Shown one piece after another: positions 63,501 through 64,000 of a DNA stretch of 64,000 nt. The DNA is from Auanema rhodensis (lineage: Eukaryota > Animalia > Nematoda): positions 8,308,001 to 8,372,000 of the forward strand of contig OZ059895.1 in assembly GCA_964057225.1 (NCBI GenBank), given 5' to 3'. The position numbers were made by a program, and so were the translations under genes. The notes below the pieces were generated by a model that ran no database searches, was not told where the DNA came from, and saw only the letters and a list, made by a program, of their open reading frames with translations. The first letter of the stretch is position 1, and each line of letters opens with the position of its first letter.

Positions 63501-63905
63501 ACCTCTAAGTCCAGGAGGCCAACTTTACTTTCTGGCAAGGTAGTATTCATTACAGATCGAGTTTCACGGCCAGTATATACAACAATTCCAAGAGCAGTTC
63601 CGCTGGCCAAAACAGTATTGGACCATAGCACATTCTCAACATTCAAACTTCCATCTTGGATCTGGTCATCGTCAGAGGTAACTTTAAAAGTTCCAACGAA
63701 GGCATGAATATCCTTTTGTGGCTTTTCCGCATAAATCTCGCAATTGACTTCCATTAATTCCTATAAGCAAAAACAAAAATATTAATAATCTGCAGATTGT
63801 AAGCTTACAGCTTCAGTATTAAGATGTTGTGTATAAGGTACAGCAACTCGAAGTTTCCAATCTGTTTCTCCATCAAGCTGATCAGTACGAATAAAACACG
63901 CGCCC
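60573..63905 (-). CDS. tat-5: P4-ATPase phospholipid flippase, ATP9/Neo1 class; 5' part lies beyond the window end
   Basis: [19 protein letters not shown], phosphorylation motif [44 protein letters not shown], ends [12 protein letters not shown]. Confidence 0.96.
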
Positions 63906-64000
63906 TAAAATAATAGAGCAATATGAAATGTTGATATATCTTCAATAATATTTCTTGTTTATTTAGCAAATTTCTCCTCTTTTTTTTTGCCCAAGCGCTC

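Noticed and set aside
1-64000. Telomeric TTAGGC arrays, DNA-elimination breakpoints, SL RNA, 5S, snRNA, known miRNAs, CRISPR arrays, intact transposons, horizontally acquired genes
   Set aside because: None seen by eye; all recognised genes are intron-rich typical nematode genes. Rfam, miRBase and Dfam scans would be needed to exclude them formally

Overview
AT-rich eukaryotic DNA from a nematode (probably rhabditid; species not determinable), with many 40-60 nt introns and abundant microsatellites. Manual exon stitching gives 11 protein-coding genes and one tRNA. In order: a tartan/capricious-like LRR transmembrane protein (-), a ~15 kb gene-free interval, an unrecognised Ser-rich type I membrane protein (+), class IX myosin hum-7 (-), a FAM69/DIPK1 divergent kinase (+), colmedin cof-2-like (+), UDP-glucose dehydrogenase sqv-4 (+), an astacin-ShK protease (-), innexin inx-2-like (+), tRNA-Asp(GTC), ciliary GTPase arl-13 (+, with a candidate X-box), aph-1 (-) and a 5'-truncated P4-ATPase tat-5/ATP9 (-). 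Most short ORFs in the supplied track are exon fragments or low-complexity artefacts. I found no clearly new multi-gene system. The best leads are frequent AAG 3' splice sites, alternative first exons in DIPK1, a possible motor-less C1-RhoGAP isoform of hum-7, a likely tat-5/aph-1 operon, an orphan membrane protein, a purine-skew switch suggesting a bidirectional promoter, and several decayed coding-like segments of unknown origin. Gene names come from recalled C. elegans sequences, not from a database search.
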